From: Escherichia coli | Lineage (GTDB): Bacteria > Pseudomonadota > Gammaproteobacteria > Enterobacterales > Enterobacteriaceae | Strand: one strand, 5' to 3' | Length of the DNA stretch: 64,000 nucleotides | Assembly (NCBI RefSeq): GCF_030013595.1 | Contig: NZ_CP122771.1 | Translations under genes and position numbers: made by a program | Shown here: one piece after another, positions 20,359-31,647 of the stretch | Numbering within the stretch: the first letter of the stretch is position 1 | Layout of the letters: the number at the start of each line of letters is the position of its first letter | Notes under the pieces: model-generated | What the model saw: only the letters and a program-made list of their open reading frames with translations | Told to the model about the DNA's origin: nothing | The model's database searches: none

Positions 20359-21096
20359 ATGACATCAGACAATATCGCTGAATATGTTGGTGAGAATAAT
20401 CAATTTACTGAGAAGCCTGTAACTGAATACCCCCCGGTGATACAGGATAATACAGTGACCACTAAAGACTATCTGTACAGCAATAATATTGATACTGACC
20501 TTTTAGTGGTTATCGGAGGGCTTATTGTTATATTGTTTCTCATGATGCTTATCATGTACTTTATTAATTCTCTCAGGCATAAGGAATTAACTGAAATACT
20601 GACAAAAATATCTTTTCCTGAAAAATCCGGGAGCAATTCGCTTAAACCGGAAGCGGTCAGCTGTAATTTGTTGTCCCTGTGTGTGCTGGCACCGGTATTC
20701 TTTACACCCAGAAAGCTGGCTGAAGTTTCCAGGGAGATCATCGTGGCGAGTGCGCAGGAAATTGCATGGACGCCGGGGAGCAGTCGTATTGATGGCCACC
20801 AGGCGGAGAATATCACCTGGGCGATTTCATCGCAGTCTCCTGCCGATAAGTATGATCTCATCAATAAAACCTCCCGTGTTTCTCCTGACAGTGGCCGTTT
20901 TTATGAACCGGACACAGTTCTGGATCACCGTGAACGGGTACGCCTTTTTATTCAGATCCAGTTTCCGCATGGGAGTGACTGGTCTGAAGTATTGCGCCTG
21001 ACTGACATTGTTACAGAGAAGGTCTCTTCCGGCAGGGCTGCAGGCGGGTATCACCACCGACATACAGGGTACACCTGGTCTGTTTCTGTGAATTAA
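20359..21096 (+). CDS. Hypothetical membrane-anchored protein inserted between traT and traD
   Basis: 246 aa from ATG 20359 with one TM helix ([22 protein letters not shown]); GGAG-type RBS; not part of canonical F gene order. Confidence 0.4.
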   Translation: MTSDNIAEYVGENNQFTEKPVTEYPPVIQDNTVTTKDYLYSNNIDTDLLVVIGGLIVILFLMMLIMYFINSLRHKELTEILTKISFPEKSGSNSLKPEAVSCNLLSLCVLAPVFFTPRKLAEVSREIIVASAQEIAWTPGSSRIDGHQAENITWAISSQSPADKYDLINKTSRVSPDSGRFYEPDTVLDHRERVRLFIQIQFPHGSDWSEVLRLTDIVTEKVSSGRAAGGYHHRHTGYTWSVSVN

Positions 21097-21146
21097 CCCC
21101 ACATCATCCTTTTCTGCCCTGTTCCAGATTTTCCCGGAGTTTCATC

Positions 21147-23372
21147 ATGAGTTTTAACGCAAAGGATATGACCCAGGGCGGTCAGATTGCGTCCATGCGT
21201 ATCCGCATGTTCAGCCAGATCGCCAATATCATGCTTTACTGCCTGTTTATTTTTTTCTGGATACTCGTTGGTCTGATTTTATGGGTAAAAATAAGCTGGC
21301 AGACGTTTGTGAACGGCTGTATTTACTGGTGGTGTACCACGCTGGAAGGCATGCGGGATTTAATCAAGTCCCAGCCAGTATATGAGATCCAGTATTACGG
21401 CAAAACCTTCCGGATGAACGCGGCTCAGGTACTGCATGATAAATACATGATCTGGTGCGGTGAGCAGCTATGGTCCGCATTCGTTCTGGCGTCTGTCGTG
21501 GCCCTGGTTATTTGCCTGATTACCTTCTTTGTTGTTTCCTGGATTCTGGGGCGTCAGGGTAAACAACAGAGCGAAAATGAAGTCACAGGTGGTCGTCAGC
21601 TGACAGACAATCCGAAAGATGTTGCCCGGATGCTGAAAAAAGACGGCAAGGACTCCGATATCCGGATTGGCGACCTGCCGATTATCCGAGATTCCGAAAT
21701 CCAGAACTTCTGTCTGCACGGCACAGTCGGGGCCGGTAAGTCGGAGGTTATCCGTCGTCTGGCCAACTACGCCCGTAAGCGTGGTGATATGGTGGTGATT
21801 TATGACCGTTCAGGGGAATTTGTTAAAAGTTACTATGATCCCTCCATCGATAAAATCCTGAATCCGCTGGATGCCCGCTGTGCCGCATGGGATTTGTGGA
21901 AGGAGTGCCTGACACAGCCGGATTTTGATAATACCGCGAACACGCTGATCCCTATGGGTACAAAAGAGGACCCGTTCTGGCAGGGGTCAGGACGTACCAT
22001 TTTTGCGGAAGCGGCGTACCTGATGCGTAATGACCCCAACCGCAGCTACAGCAAACTGGTGGACACACTGCTTTCCATCAAAATCGAAAAACTGCGTACC
22101 TTCCTGCGTAATTCACCGGCAGCCAACCTGGTGGAAGAGAAAATTGAGAAAACGGCGATTTCCATCCGTGCTGTGCTGACCAACTACGTGAAAGCCATCC
22201 GTTACCTGCAGGGGATTGAGCATAACGGTGAGTCTTTTACCATCCGTGACTGGATGCGTGGTGTCCGGGAAGATCAGAAAAACGGCTGGCTGTTTATCTC
22301 GTCGAATGCCGACACCCATGCCTCCCTGAAGCCGGTGATCTCCATGTGGCTGTCCATTGCCATTCGTGGTCTGCTGGCAATGGGAGAAAACCGTAATCGT
22401 CGTGTGTGGTTTTTCTGTGACGAGTTACCCACGTTACACAAACTGCCGGACCTGGTGGAGATCCTGCCGGAAGCCCGTAAGTTCGGTGGCTGTTATGTGT
22501 TTGGTATCCAGTCCTATGCCCAGCTGGAAGATATCTACGGTGAGAAAGCGGCGGCCACGCTGTTTGACGTCATGAACACCCGTGCCTTTTTCCGTTCTCC
22601 CAGCCATAAGATTGCAGAGTTCGCTGCCGGTGAAATTGGTGAGAAAGAGCACCTGAAAGCCAGCGAGCAGTATTCCTACGGTGCTGACCCGGTACGTGAC
22701 GGGGTATCGACCGGTAAGGATATGGAGCGTCAGACGCTGGTCAGTTATTCCGACATTCAGTCTCTGCCGGATCTGACCTGTTATGTCACTCTGCCCGGAC
22801 CGTATCCGGCAGTCAAACTCTCTCTGAAATATCAGGCACGTCCGAAGGTTGCCCCGGAGTTTATTCCGCGTGACATCAACCCGGAAATGGAGAACCGTCT
22901 GAGTGCCGTACTTGCCGCAAGGGAAGCAGAAGGTCGCCAGATGGCCAGCCTCTTCGAACCGGAGGTTGCCTCCGGAGAAGGCGTGACTCAGGCTGAACAG
23001 CCACAACAGCCACAACAGCCACAACAGCCACAACAGCCACAACAGCCACAACAGCCACAACAGCCACAACAGCCACAACAGCCACAACAGCCAGTGTCTT
23101 CTGTCATCAATGATAAGAAGTCAGATGCAGGTGTGAGTGTTCCGGCAGGGGGGATCGAGCAGGAGCTGAAAATGAAACCGGAAGAAGAGATGGAACAGCA
23201 ACTGCCACCCGGGATCAGTGAATCCGGTGAAGTGGTGGATATGGCCGCTTATGAGGCATGGCAACAGGAAAATCATCCGGACATCCAGCAGCATATGCAG
23301 CGTCGTGAAGAGGTGAACATTAATGTACACCGGGAGCGCGGGGAGGATGTTGAGCCGGGAGATGATTTCTGA
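21147..23372 (+). CDS. traD: TraD, type IV coupling protein
   Basis: 741 aa; N-terminal TM helices; Walker [10 protein letters not shown]; C-terminal QQP repeat tract. Confidence 0.95.
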   Translation: MSFNAKDMTQGGQIASMRIRMFSQIANIMLYCLFIFFWILVGLILWVKISWQTFVNGCIYWWCTTLEGMRDLIKSQPVYEIQYYGKTFRMNAAQVLHDKYMIWCGEQLWSAFVLASVVALVICLITFFVVSWILGRQGKQQSENEVTGGRQLTDNPKDVARMLKKDGKDSDIRIGDLPIIRDSEIQNFCLHGTVGAGKSEVIRRLANYARKRGDMVVIYDRSGEFVKSYYDPSIDKILNPLDARCAAWDLWKECLTQPDFDNTANTLIPMGTKEDPFWQGSGRTIFAEAAYLMRNDPNRSYSKLVDTLLSIKIEKLRTFLRNSPAANLVEEKIEKTAISIRAVLTNYVKAIRYLQGIEHNGESFTIRDWMRGVREDQKNGWLFISSNADTHASLKPVISMWLSIAIRGLLAMGENRNRRVWFFCDELPTLHKLPDLVEILPEARKFGGCYVFGIQSYAQLEDIYGEKAAATLFDVMNTRAFFRSPSHKIAEFAAGEIGEKEHLKASEQYSYGADPVRDGVSTGKDMERQTLVSYSDIQSLPDLTCYVTLPGPYPAVKLSLKYQARPKVAPEFIPRDINPEMENRLSAVLAAREAEGRQMASLFEPEVASGEGVTQAEQPQQPQQPQQPQQPQQPQQPQQPQQPQQPQQPVSSVINDKKSDAGVSVPAGGIEQELKMKPEEEMEQQLPPGISESGEVVDMAAYEAWQQENHPDIQQHMQRREEVNINVHRERGEDVEPGDDF
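22998..23093 (+). repeat. 9-bp tandem repeat (cagccacaa, about 10 units) encoding the (QPQ)n tract of TraD
   Basis: Direct reading of the sequence. Confidence 0.9.
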
Positions 23373-26300
23373 TGTTGAGTTTCAGCGTTGTTAAATCGGC
23401 AGGCAGTGCCGGAAACTATTACACCGACAAGGATAATTACTATGTGCTGGGCAGCATGGGAGAACGCTGGGCTGGTCAGGGGGCTGAACAGCTTGGGCTG
23501 CAGGGCAGCGTCGATAAGGATGTTTTTACCCGTCTTCTGGAGGGCAGGCTGCCGGACGGAGCGGATTTAAGCCGCATGCAGGATGGCAGTAATAAGCATC
23601 GTCCCGGCTACGACCTGACCTTCTCCGCCCCCAAAAGTGTCTCCATGATGGCCATGCTCGGGGGGGATAAACGTCTTATTGATGCACATAACCAGGCCGT
23701 GGATTTTGCTGTCCGTCAGGTGGAGGCGCTGGCTTCCACACGGGTGATGACGGACGGACAGTCAGAAACGGTGCTGACCGGTAATCTGGTGATGGCACTG
23801 TTTAACCATGACACCAGTCGCGATCAGGACCCACAGTTACACACGCATGTGGTGGTGGCTAATGTCACGCAGCATAATGGCGAGTGGAAGACACTGAGCA
23901 GTGACAAAGTGGGGAAAACCGGATTTTCCGAGAACGTGCTCGCGAACCGGATTGCGTTCGGGAAAATATATCAGAGTGAGTTACGTCAGCGCGTTGAGGC
24001 GCTGGGTTATGAAACCGAAGTGGTCGGTAAGCACGGTATGTGGGAGATGCCGGGCGTACCGGTGGAGGCCTTTTCCAGTCGTTCACAGGCTATCAGGGAG
24101 GCCGTCGGTGAAGACGCCTCGCTGAAATCCCGGGATGTGGCGGCGCTGGATACGCGTAAATCCAAACAGCACGTCGATCCGGAAATCAGAATGGCTGAAT
24201 GGATGCAGACGCTGAAGGAAACCGGGTTCGACATCCGGGCATATCGTGACGCGGCGGATCAGCGTGCGGAGATCCGCACGCTGACGCCCGGGCCTGCTTC
24301 ACAGGACGGGCCGGATGTGCAGCAGGCGGTGACACAGGCGATTGCCGGATTAAGTGAACGAAAAGTGCAGTTCACGTACACGGACGTGCTGGCCAGAACG
24401 GTCGGCATACTGCCGCCGGAAAATGGTGTGATTGAACGGGCACGCGCCGGTATCGATGAGGCCATCAGCCGTGAGCAGCTTATCCCCCTCGACCGTGAGA
24501 AGGGGCTGTTCACGTCCGGGATTCATGTGCTCGATGAGCTGTCAGTCCGGGCACTCAGTCGTGACATCATGAAACAGAACCGGGTGACCGTACATCCGGA
24601 GAAAAGTGTTCCCCGGACGGCCGGTTACAGCGATGCCGTCAGCGTGCTGGCACAGGATCGCCCGTCGCTGGCCATTGTGTCCGGGCAGGGCGGTGCAGCC
24701 GGGCAGCGTGAGCGGGTGGCTGAACTGGTCATGATGGCCCGGGAGCAGGGGCGGGAGGTGCAGATTATCGCTGCTGACCGTCGCTCGCAGATGAACATGA
24801 AGCAGGATGAGCGTCTGTCCGGTGAGCTGATAACCGGGCGGCGTCAGCTGCTGGAGGGCATGACCTTCACGCCGGGCAGTACCGTTATCGTCGACCAGGG
24901 CGAAAAACTCTCCCTGAAAGAGACGTTAACTCTGCTGGACGGTGCCGCACGGCATAACGTACAGGTCCTGATAATCGACAGCGGGCAGCGGACCGGTACC
25001 GGCAGTGCGCTGATGGCCATGAAGGATGCCGGAGTGAACACATATCGCTGGCAGGGGGGAGAACAGCGACCGGCAACCATCATCAGTGAACCGGACCGTA
25101 ATGTCCGCTATGCCCGGCTGGCCGGAGATTTTGCGGTCAGCGTGAAAGCCGGAGAAGAGAGCGTGGCGCAGGTCAGTGGAGTACGGGAACAGGCCATGCT
25201 GACTCAGACCATTCGCAGTGAGCTGAAAACACAGGGCGTACTCGGACATCCGGAGGTGACCATGACCGCGCTGTCACCGGTCTGGCTGGACAGCCGGAGT
25301 CGTTATCTGCGGGATATGTACCGCCCGGGGATGGTGATGGAGCAGTGGAACCCGGAGACACGCAGTCATGACCGCTATGTGATAGACCGGGTGACGGCGC
25401 AGAGTCACAGCCTGACCCTGCGGGATGCGCAGGGCGAAACGCAGGTGGTGCGTATTTCCTCCCTGGACAGCAGCTGGTCGCTGTTCCGGCCGGAAAAAAT
25501 GCCGGTGGCAGACGGCGAGCGACTGAGGGTGACCGGGAAAATTCCCGGACTCCGAGTCTCCGGCGGTGACCGCCTGCAGGTGGCATCCGTCAGTGAAGAT
25601 GTGATGACGGTTGTTGTGCCGGGGCGGGCTGAACCGGCCTCCCTGCCTGTGAGCGATTCACCGTTCACGGCACTGAAGCTGGAGAATGGCTGGGTGGAAA
25701 CGCCCGGGCATTCCGTCAGCGACAGTGCGAAGGTTTTTGCCTCCGTCACACAGATGGCAATGGACAAGGCCACCCTGAACGGTCTGGCCCGCAGTGGTCG
25801 TGATGTCCGGCTGTATTCCTCACTGGATGAAACCCGTACTGCGGAAAAACTTGCCCGCCATCCGTCCTTTACGGTGGTTTCTGAGCAGATAAAGGCGCGG
25901 GCCGGTGAGACATCGCTGGAAACGGCTATCAGTCATCAGAAGTCCGCACTTAACACACCGGCACAGCAGGCCATTCATCTTGCCCTTCCGGTGGTGGAAA
26001 GTAAAAACCTGGCCTTCAGCCATGTGGACCTGCTGACAGAGGCAAAGTCGTTTGCTGCAGAAGGAACCAGTTTTGCTGACCTGGGGCGGGAAATCAATGC
26101 GCAGATAAAACGCGGTGACTTACTGTATGTGGATGTGGCAAAAGGCTATGGCACAGGCCTGCTGGTTTCCCGTGCGTCGTATGAGGCAGAAAAGAGCATT
26201 CTTCGCCATATTCTCGAAGGTAAGGAGGCGGTCACGCCGCTGATGGAGAGAGTACCTGGCGAACTCATGGAGAAACTGACATCAGGACAGCGTGCCGCCA

Positions 26301-28642
26301 CCCGCATGATACTGGAAACGTCCGACCGTTTCACGGTGGTGCAGGGCTATGCCGGTGTGGGTAAGACCACACAGTTCCGGGCGGTGATGTCAGCCGTGAA
26401 CATGCTGCCGGAGAGTGAGCGTCCCCGTGTCGTTGGGCTGGGCCCCACGCACCGTGCGGTCGGGGAGATGCGCAGCGCCGGCGTGGATGCACAGACACTG
26501 GCGTCCTTTCTGCATGACACGCAGCTGCAGCAGCGCAGCGGAGAAACGCCGGATTTCAGCAACACGCTGTTTCTGCTCGATGAGAGCTCAATGGTGGGCA
26601 ATACCGACATGGCACGGGCATACGCCCTGATTGCGGCCGGTGGTGGTCGTGCCGTGGCCAGCGGTGACACGGACCAGCTGCAGGCCATCGCGCCCGGTCA
26701 GCCTTTCCGTCTCCAGCAGACGCGCAGTGCTGCCGATGTGGTCATCATGAAGGAGATTGTGCGCCAGACGCCGGAGCTGCGGGAGGCGGTATACAGCCTG
26801 ATTAACCGGGATGTGGAAAGGGCACTGTCCGGGCTTGAGAGTGTGAAACCGTCTCAGGTGCCACGTCAGGAGGGCGCATGGGTACCGGAGCACTCCGTGA
26901 CGGAGTTCAGTCACAGCCAGGAAGCGAAACTGGCAGAAGCGCAGCAGAAGGCGATGCTGAAAGGTGAGGCTTTTCCGGATATTCCCATGACACTGTATGA
27001 AGCCATTGTCCGCGATTATACCGGCAGGACGCCGGAAGCACGGGAGCAGACGCTGATTGTCACGCATCTGAATGAGGACCGGCGCGTACTGAACAGCATG
27101 ATTCATGATGCACGGGAAAAGGCCGGTGAGCTGGGAAAAGAGCAGGTCATGGTGCCTGTCCTGAACACAGCGAATATACGCGACGGGGAGTTGCGTCGTC
27201 TCTCCACCTGGGAGACACATCGGGACGCACTTGCCCTGGTGGATAATGTGTATCACCGGATTGCCGGTATCAGCAAGGATGACGGGCTGATAACTCTGCA
27301 GGATGCGGAAGGTAACACGCGGCTGATTTCGCCCCGGGAGGCGGTGGCTGAAGGCGTCACACTGTACACTCCGGACACCATCCGGGTGGGAACCGGTGAC
27401 CGGATGCGCTTCACGAAGAGTGACCGGGAGCGCGGTTATGTGGCCAACAGCGTCTGGACGGTGACAGCGGTTTCCGGTGACAGTGTCACGCTGTCGGACG
27501 GACAGCAGACCCGGGTGATTCGCCCCGCCCAGGAGCAGGCAGAGCAACATATTGACCTGGCCTATGCCATCACCGCCCACGGTGCGCAGGGGGCGAGTGA
27601 AACCTTTGCCATTGCGCTTGAAGGCACGGAAGGTAACCGGAAACTGATGGCCGGCTTTGAGTCAGCCTACGTGGCCCTGTCGCGTATGAAGCAGCATGTG
27701 CAGGTGTACACCGATAATCGTCAGGGCTGGACGGATGCCATTAACAATGCCGTACAGAAAGGAACTGCCCACGATGTGCTGGAGCCGAAACCGGACCGGG
27801 AGGTCATGAATGCAGAGCGGCTGTTCAGTACGGCGCGGGAGCTGCGGGACGTGGCGGCAGGGCGTGCCGTTCTTCGTCAGGCGGGGCTTGCCGGGGGAGA
27901 CAGTCCTGCACGGTTTATTGCACCGGGACGTAAATATCCACAGCCGTATGTGGCACTGCCGGCGTTTGACCGTAACGGCAAATCAGCCGGTATCTGGCTG
28001 AACCCGCTGACCTCGGATGACGGAAACGGGCTGCGGGGATTCAGCGGTGAAGGCCGTGTGAAAGGCAGCGGGGATGCGCAGTTCGTGGCCCTGCAGGGCA
28101 GCCGTAACGGAGAAAGCCTGCTGGCTGATAATATGCAGGAGGGTGTCCGGATTGCCCGTGATAATCCTGACAGCGGTGTGGTGGTAAGAATCGCCGGTGA
28201 AGGCCGTCCGTGGAATCCCGGTGCCATCACCGGTGGCCGCGTGTGGGGGGATATCCCGGACAACAGCGTCCAGCCGGGAGCCGGAAATGGCGAGCCGGTC
28301 ACGGCAGAGGTACTGGCACAGCGGCAGGCTGAAGAGGCCATCCGCCGTGAAACGGAACGCCGTGCGGATGAAATTGTCCGTAAAATGGCAGAGAACAAAC
28401 CTGACCTGCCGGATGGCAAAACAGAGCAGGCTGTCAGGGAGATTGCCGGGCAGGAGCGTGACCGGGCTGCCATAACTGAACGGGAAGCCGCGCTGCCGGA
28501 GAGTGTGCTGCGTGAATCACAACGGGAGCGGGAAGCGGTCCGGGAGGTTGCCCGGGAAAATCTGCTGCAGGAGCGTCTGCAGCAGATGGAGCGGGATATG
28601 GTTCGTGACCTGCAGAAAGAGAAAACCCTGGGCGGAGACTGA
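23372..28642 (+). CDS. traI: TraI, relaxase/DNA helicase I
   Basis: 1756 aa; N-terminal relaxase with HxH motif (HTHVV) and C-terminal helicase with P-loop (GYAGVGKTT). Confidence 0.95.
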   Translation: MLSFSVVKSAGSAGNYYTDKDNYYVLGSMGERWAGQGAEQLGLQGSVDKDVFTRLLEGRLPDGADLSRMQDGSNKHRPGYDLTFSAPKSVSMMAMLGGDKRLIDAHNQAVDFAVRQVEALASTRVMTDGQSETVLTGNLVMALFNHDTSRDQDPQLHTHVVVANVTQHNGEWKTLSSDKVGKTGFSENVLANRIAFGKIYQSELRQRVEALGYETEVVGKHGMWEMPGVPVEAFSSRSQAIREAVGEDASLKSRDVAALDTRKSKQHVDPEIRMAEWMQTLKETGFDIRAYRDAADQRAEIRTLTPGPASQDGPDVQQAVTQAIAGLSERKVQFTYTDVLARTVGILPPENGVIERARAGIDEAISREQLIPLDREKGLFTSGIHVLDELSVRALSRDIMKQNRVTVHPEKSVPRTAGYSDAVSVLAQDRPSLAIVSGQGGAAGQRERVAELVMMAREQGREVQIIAADRRSQMNMKQDERLSGELITGRRQLLEGMTFTPGSTVIVDQGEKLSLKETLTLLDGAARHNVQVLIIDSGQRTGTGSALMAMKDAGVNTYRWQGGEQRPATIISEPDRNVRYARLAGDFAVSVKAGEESVAQVSGVREQAMLTQTIRSELKTQGVLGHPEVTMTALSPVWLDSRSRYLRDMYRPGMVMEQWNPETRSHDRYVIDRVTAQSHSLTLRDAQGETQVVRISSLDSSWSLFRPEKMPVADGERLRVTGKIPGLRVSGGDRLQVASVSEDVMTVVVPGRAEPASLPVSDSPFTALKLENGWVETPGHSVSDSAKVFASVTQMAMDKATLNGLARSGRDVRLYSSLDETRTAEKLARHPSFTVVSEQIKARAGETSLETAISHQKSALNTPAQQAIHLALPVVESKNLAFSHVDLLTEAKSFAAEGTSFADLGREINAQIKRGDLLYVDVAKGYGTGLLVSRASYEAEKSILRHILEGKEAVTPLMERVPGELMEKLTSGQRAATRMILETSDRFTVVQGYAGVGKTTQFRAVMSAVNMLPESERPRVVGLGPTHRAVGEMRSAGVDAQTLASFLHDTQLQQRSGETPDFSNTLFLLDESSMVGNTDMARAYALIAAGGGRAVASGDTDQLQAIAPGQPFRLQQTRSAADVVIMKEIVRQTPELREAVYSLINRDVERALSGLESVKPSQVPRQEGAWVPEHSVTEFSHSQEAKLAEAQQKAMLKGEAFPDIPMTLYEAIVRDYTGRTPEAREQTLIVTHLNEDRRVLNSMIHDAREKAGELGKEQVMVPVLNTANIRDGELRRLSTWETHRDALALVDNVYHRIAGISKDDGLITLQDAEGNTRLISPREAVAEGVTLYTPDTIRVGTGDRMRFTKSDRERGYVANSVWTVTAVSGDSVTLSDGQQTRVIRPAQEQAEQHIDLAYAITAHGAQGASETFAIALEGTEGNRKLMAGFESAYVALSRMKQHVQVYTDNRQGWTDAINNAVQKGTAHDVLEPKPDREVMNAERLFSTARELRDVAAGRAVLRQAGLAGGDSPARFIAPGRKYPQPYVALPAFDRNGKSAGIWLNPLTSDDGNGLRGFSGEGRVKGSGDAQFVALQGSRNGESLLADNMQEGVRIARDNPDSGVVVRIAGEGRPWNPGAITGGRVWGDIPDNSVQPGAGNGEPVTAEVLAQRQAEEAIRRETERRADEIVRKMAENKPDLPDGKTEQAVREIAGQERDRAAITEREAALPESVLRESQREREAVREVARENLLQERLQQMERDMVRDLQKEKTLGGD

Positions 28643-28661
28643 TACAGGAAGACAAACACTG

Positions 28662-29408
28662 ATGACAACGGATAACACGAACACGACACGTAACGATTCA
28701 CTGGCTGCCCGGACCGATACCTGGTTGCAGTCGTTTCTGGTCTGGTCACCCGGACAGCGGGATATCATCAAAACGGTGGCACTGGTGCTGATGGTACTGG
28801 ACCACATCAATCTGATATTCCAGCTGAAGCAGGAATGGATGTTTCTGGCCGGGCGTGGAGCCTTTCCGCTGTTTGCCCTGGTGTGGGGGCTGAATCTGTC
28901 CCGTCATGCGCATATCCGGCAACCGGCCATTAACCGGCTGTGGGGATGGGGGATTATTGCCCAGTTCGCATATTATCTGGCAGGCTTTCCCTGGTATGAG
29001 GGGAATATCCTGTTTGCCTTTGCAGTGGCGGCACAGGTGCTGACGTGGTGTGAAACGCGCAGTGGGTGGCGTACAGCAGCGGCCATTCTTCTGATGGCGC
29101 TGTGGGGGCCTTTGTCCGGCACCAGTTACGGCATTGCCGGGCTGCTGATGCTGGCAGTCAGCCACCGGCTGTACCGGGCGGAAGACAGAGCGGAACGTCT
29201 GGCGCTGGTCGCCTGCCTGCTGGCTGTTATTCCGGCGCTTAACCTTGCCACCAGTGATGCAGCGGCGGTGGCCGGTCTTGTGATGACGGTGCTGACCGTT
29301 GGTCTGGTGTCGTGTGCAGGAAAATCATTACCCCGTTTCTGGCCCGGGGATTTTTTCCCGGTATTCTACGCCTGTCATCTGGCTGTGCTGGGCGTTCTGG
29401 CGCTGTGA
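28662..29408 (+). CDS. traX: TraX, pilin N-acetylase
   Basis: ATG at 28662 (MTTDNTNTTRNDSLAAR...); polytopic membrane protein; synteny. Confidence 0.85.
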   Translation: MTTDNTNTTRNDSLAARTDTWLQSFLVWSPGQRDIIKTVALVLMVLDHINLIFQLKQEWMFLAGRGAFPLFALVWGLNLSRHAHIRQPAINRLWGWGIIAQFAYYLAGFPWYEGNILFAFAVAAQVLTWCETRSGWRTAAAILLMALWGPLSGTSYGIAGLLMLAVSHRLYRAEDRAERLALVACLLAVIPALNLATSDAAAVAGLVMTVLTVGLVSCAGKSLPRFWPGDFFPVFYACHLAVLGVLAL

Positions 29409-29462
29409 CGGGTGTGGTATCTTTGACCGCAAGAGGATGATTCGTCAGAGGCAGAACACAGC

Positions 29463-30023
29463 ATGACAGAGCAGAAGCGACCGGTACTGACACTGAAGCG
29501 GAAAACGGAAGGGGAGACGCCTGTCCGCAGGCGGAAAACCATCATCAATGTCACCACGCCACCAAAGTGGAAGGTGAAAAAGCAGAAGCTGGCCGAGAAA
29601 GCAGCCCGGGAAGCAGAGCTGGCGGCAAAAAAAGCGCAGGCCAGACAGGCACTGTCCATTTATCTGAATCTGCCCACGCTGGATGAGGCCGTGAATACCC
29701 TGAAACCCTGGTGGCCGGGATTGTTTGACGGTGACACGCCCCGGCTTCTGGCCTGCGGTATCCGGGACGTGTTACTGGAAGACGTGGCGCAGCGGAATAT
29801 CCCGCTCTCGCATAAAAAACTGCGCAGGGCGCTGAAGGCCATCACCCGTTCAGAAAGCTATCTGTGTGCCATGAAAGCCGGTGCCTGCCGGTATGACACG
29901 GAAGGGTATGTGACGGAGCATATTTCTCAGGAGGAGGAAGCGTATGCGGCAGCGCGTCTGGATAAAATCCGCCGCCAGAACCGGATAAAGGCAGAACTTC
30001 AGGCCGTGCTTGATGAGAAATAA
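29463..30023 (+). CDS. finO: FinO, fertility-inhibition RNA chaperone (apparently intact)
   Basis: 186 aa, basic N-terminus; matches R100 FinO; uninterrupted. Confidence 0.9.
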   Translation: MTEQKRPVLTLKRKTEGETPVRRRKTIINVTTPPKWKVKKQKLAEKAAREAELAAKKAQARQALSIYLNLPTLDEAVNTLKPWWPGLFDGDTPRLLACGIRDVLLEDVAQRNIPLSHKKLRRALKAITRSESYLCAMKAGACRYDTEGYVTEHISQEEEAYAAARLDKIRRQNRIKAELQAVLDEK

Positions 30024-30145
30024 AAAAAAGCCTCCATCAGAGAGGAGGCAGGGAAATAAGGCTTAAAAGGAAATAACTTCCGTACCCGAAAGGAAGCCAA
30101 TTCAGTAGATTATTTAACACCATAATACTGACGGGTTAAAGAGGA

Positions 30146-30367
30146 GTGATAAAGATGAATGGATTCAGAAACAGTTCACGGAACGGTCAGGTCTGGTGCT
30201 GGCAGCGTGCCGGAAGCCGGGCCGTTATTCTGGAAGTCAGTGGTCGCTGGATGGAAGCGGCAGAAGCATGGCGACGGGCTGCCAGTGTTGCACCCCGGAC
30301 AGACTGGCAGCAGTTTGCCCGAAAAAGGGCTGAACACTGCCACCGGCGCTGCCGGGGAAGGGTGTAA
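30146..30367 (+). CDS. Hypothetical small basic protein
   Basis: 73-aa ORF downstream of finO; coding status uncertain. Confidence 0.3.
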   Translation: MIKMNGFRNSSRNGQVWCWQRAGSRAVILEVSGRWMEAAEAWRRAASVAPRTDWQQFARKRAEHCHRRCRGRV

Positions 30368-30653
30368 CGAAAAAAGCAGCCTTCATTACTCCAGGTATTC
30401 AGAAGGCTGAATAATGCATGAGATTTTTCTTTTTTATATCTGGCCTGGCAGTATGACCAGTCAGCAGTCATTATCACAGGATTATTGCTGTATTAAGTAA
30501 TAGCGTGCTGTTTTGTGATTGATTTCATAAAACAAGACGTCGTTTAATATGCGCCTGAATATTCACGAGGGAAGTCTTTCTTTTTATATGGTGCTCCCGG
30601 AAATAAAATATTTTTTGTTATTGCTCACCCTGTTATGAATAAAAGGTAAAAAC

Positions 30654-31331
30654 ATGGAAGAAAATAATACGAGTACAGATAAAAACACCCTGACAGCCCT
30701 TATTGATTATGAAAACTGTGGCAGCCTGAAAAATATTTCCCTTGAGCAGTATGGGGAACTGATTATTTTTGTCGGGCCACAGCAGAACGTCGTTGTTCTT
30801 CCTGCAGACTCTTTTCCTGAAGGTGCGAGAATCACTATCAGGCAGGTGAGTGGTGTGTCCAGGAATAATGTCGATTTTCATCTTGTTCTGGAGCTGGGGC
30901 GGATAAGCTGTTGTGCAGCAGGGAAAGATAAAACATACCACATCATTTCATCGGATAAGGGATATGACGGTGTTATCAGGACGCTGAAAGAAGCCGGTAT
31001 TACCTGCATTCGTCGTGATGTACCGGAAAGTATTGCTGCTGCCGGTGAGTCTGGTGCAGACAAAAGTAACTGCCTGAAACAACCTTCTGTTCCTGAAAGT
31101 GATATCGTCAGCCGTTGGGCAGGAAAGCTGCAGCAGATAGCCGGCAGCGGAGCCGGTAATATGCCTGTGTCCGTCGAAACATTTAATAATTATTTAAAGT
31201 CACACATGCGTGACGAATGGAACAAAACCCGGGCAGTGGCGATAAGGAATGAACTGGTTCGTCGGGGAGTCACAGAAGTCAGGGAGAAAAAGATAATCTG
31301 GAAAAAGGCGAAAAAGGAGAATAAAGCATGA
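30654..31331 (+). CDS. NYN/PIN-like (LabA-type) nuclease-fold protein
   Basis: 225 aa; N-terminal IDYENC and later SSDKGYDGVIRTLKEAG resemble NYN signature positions; AT-rich promoter region upstream. Confidence 0.5.
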   Translation: MEENNTSTDKNTLTALIDYENCGSLKNISLEQYGELIIFVGPQQNVVVLPADSFPEGARITIRQVSGVSRNNVDFHLVLELGRISCCAAGKDKTYHIISSDKGYDGVIRTLKEAGITCIRRDVPESIAAAGESGADKSNCLKQPSVPESDIVSRWAGKLQQIAGSGAGNMPVSVETFNNYLKSHMRDEWNKTRAVAIRNELVRRGVTEVREKKIIWKKAKKENKA

Positions 31332-31647
31332 GGTATCGCAGCTGTGCTCAGATAAAAACAGCCCCCGTTGCGGTTGCGGAGCGAAGGGGGCTGAAAAGGG
31401 GAATTAAGGATGATTGTTATTATGGTGAACCAGAAGGTTATCCCTGTCTGTAAGCTGAATCGGACTAAACGACATAATACCTGTAACATCACTGAAACAT
31501 CAGCGGTATATGTGGTGTGTATGAATATCCCGGCAGCATTAATTCTTCTGTGAGGAAATGCATTGATAAGAAACAGAATAAGTCGGTGGTAAGGAAAATG
31601 AATTTATTAATTCAGTATCCGTTTATCAGATAAAAAAGGGAAAGAGT

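Noticed and set aside
22434-23087. Minus-strand ORF with a WLL-repeat N-terminus
   Set aside because: Reverse-complement reading of the TraD QQP repeat tract; artefact of the tandem repeat
26588-28749. Long minus-strand ORFs (330 and 290 aa) within traI
   Set aside because: Antisense to traI, Arg/Ser/Pro-rich low-complexity translations characteristic of shadow frames
30026-30056. Hairpin gcctccatcagagaggaggc after finO as a + strand terminator
   Set aside because: Preceded by an A-run and not followed by a T-run, so it does not fit a + strand rho-independent terminator; left unannotated
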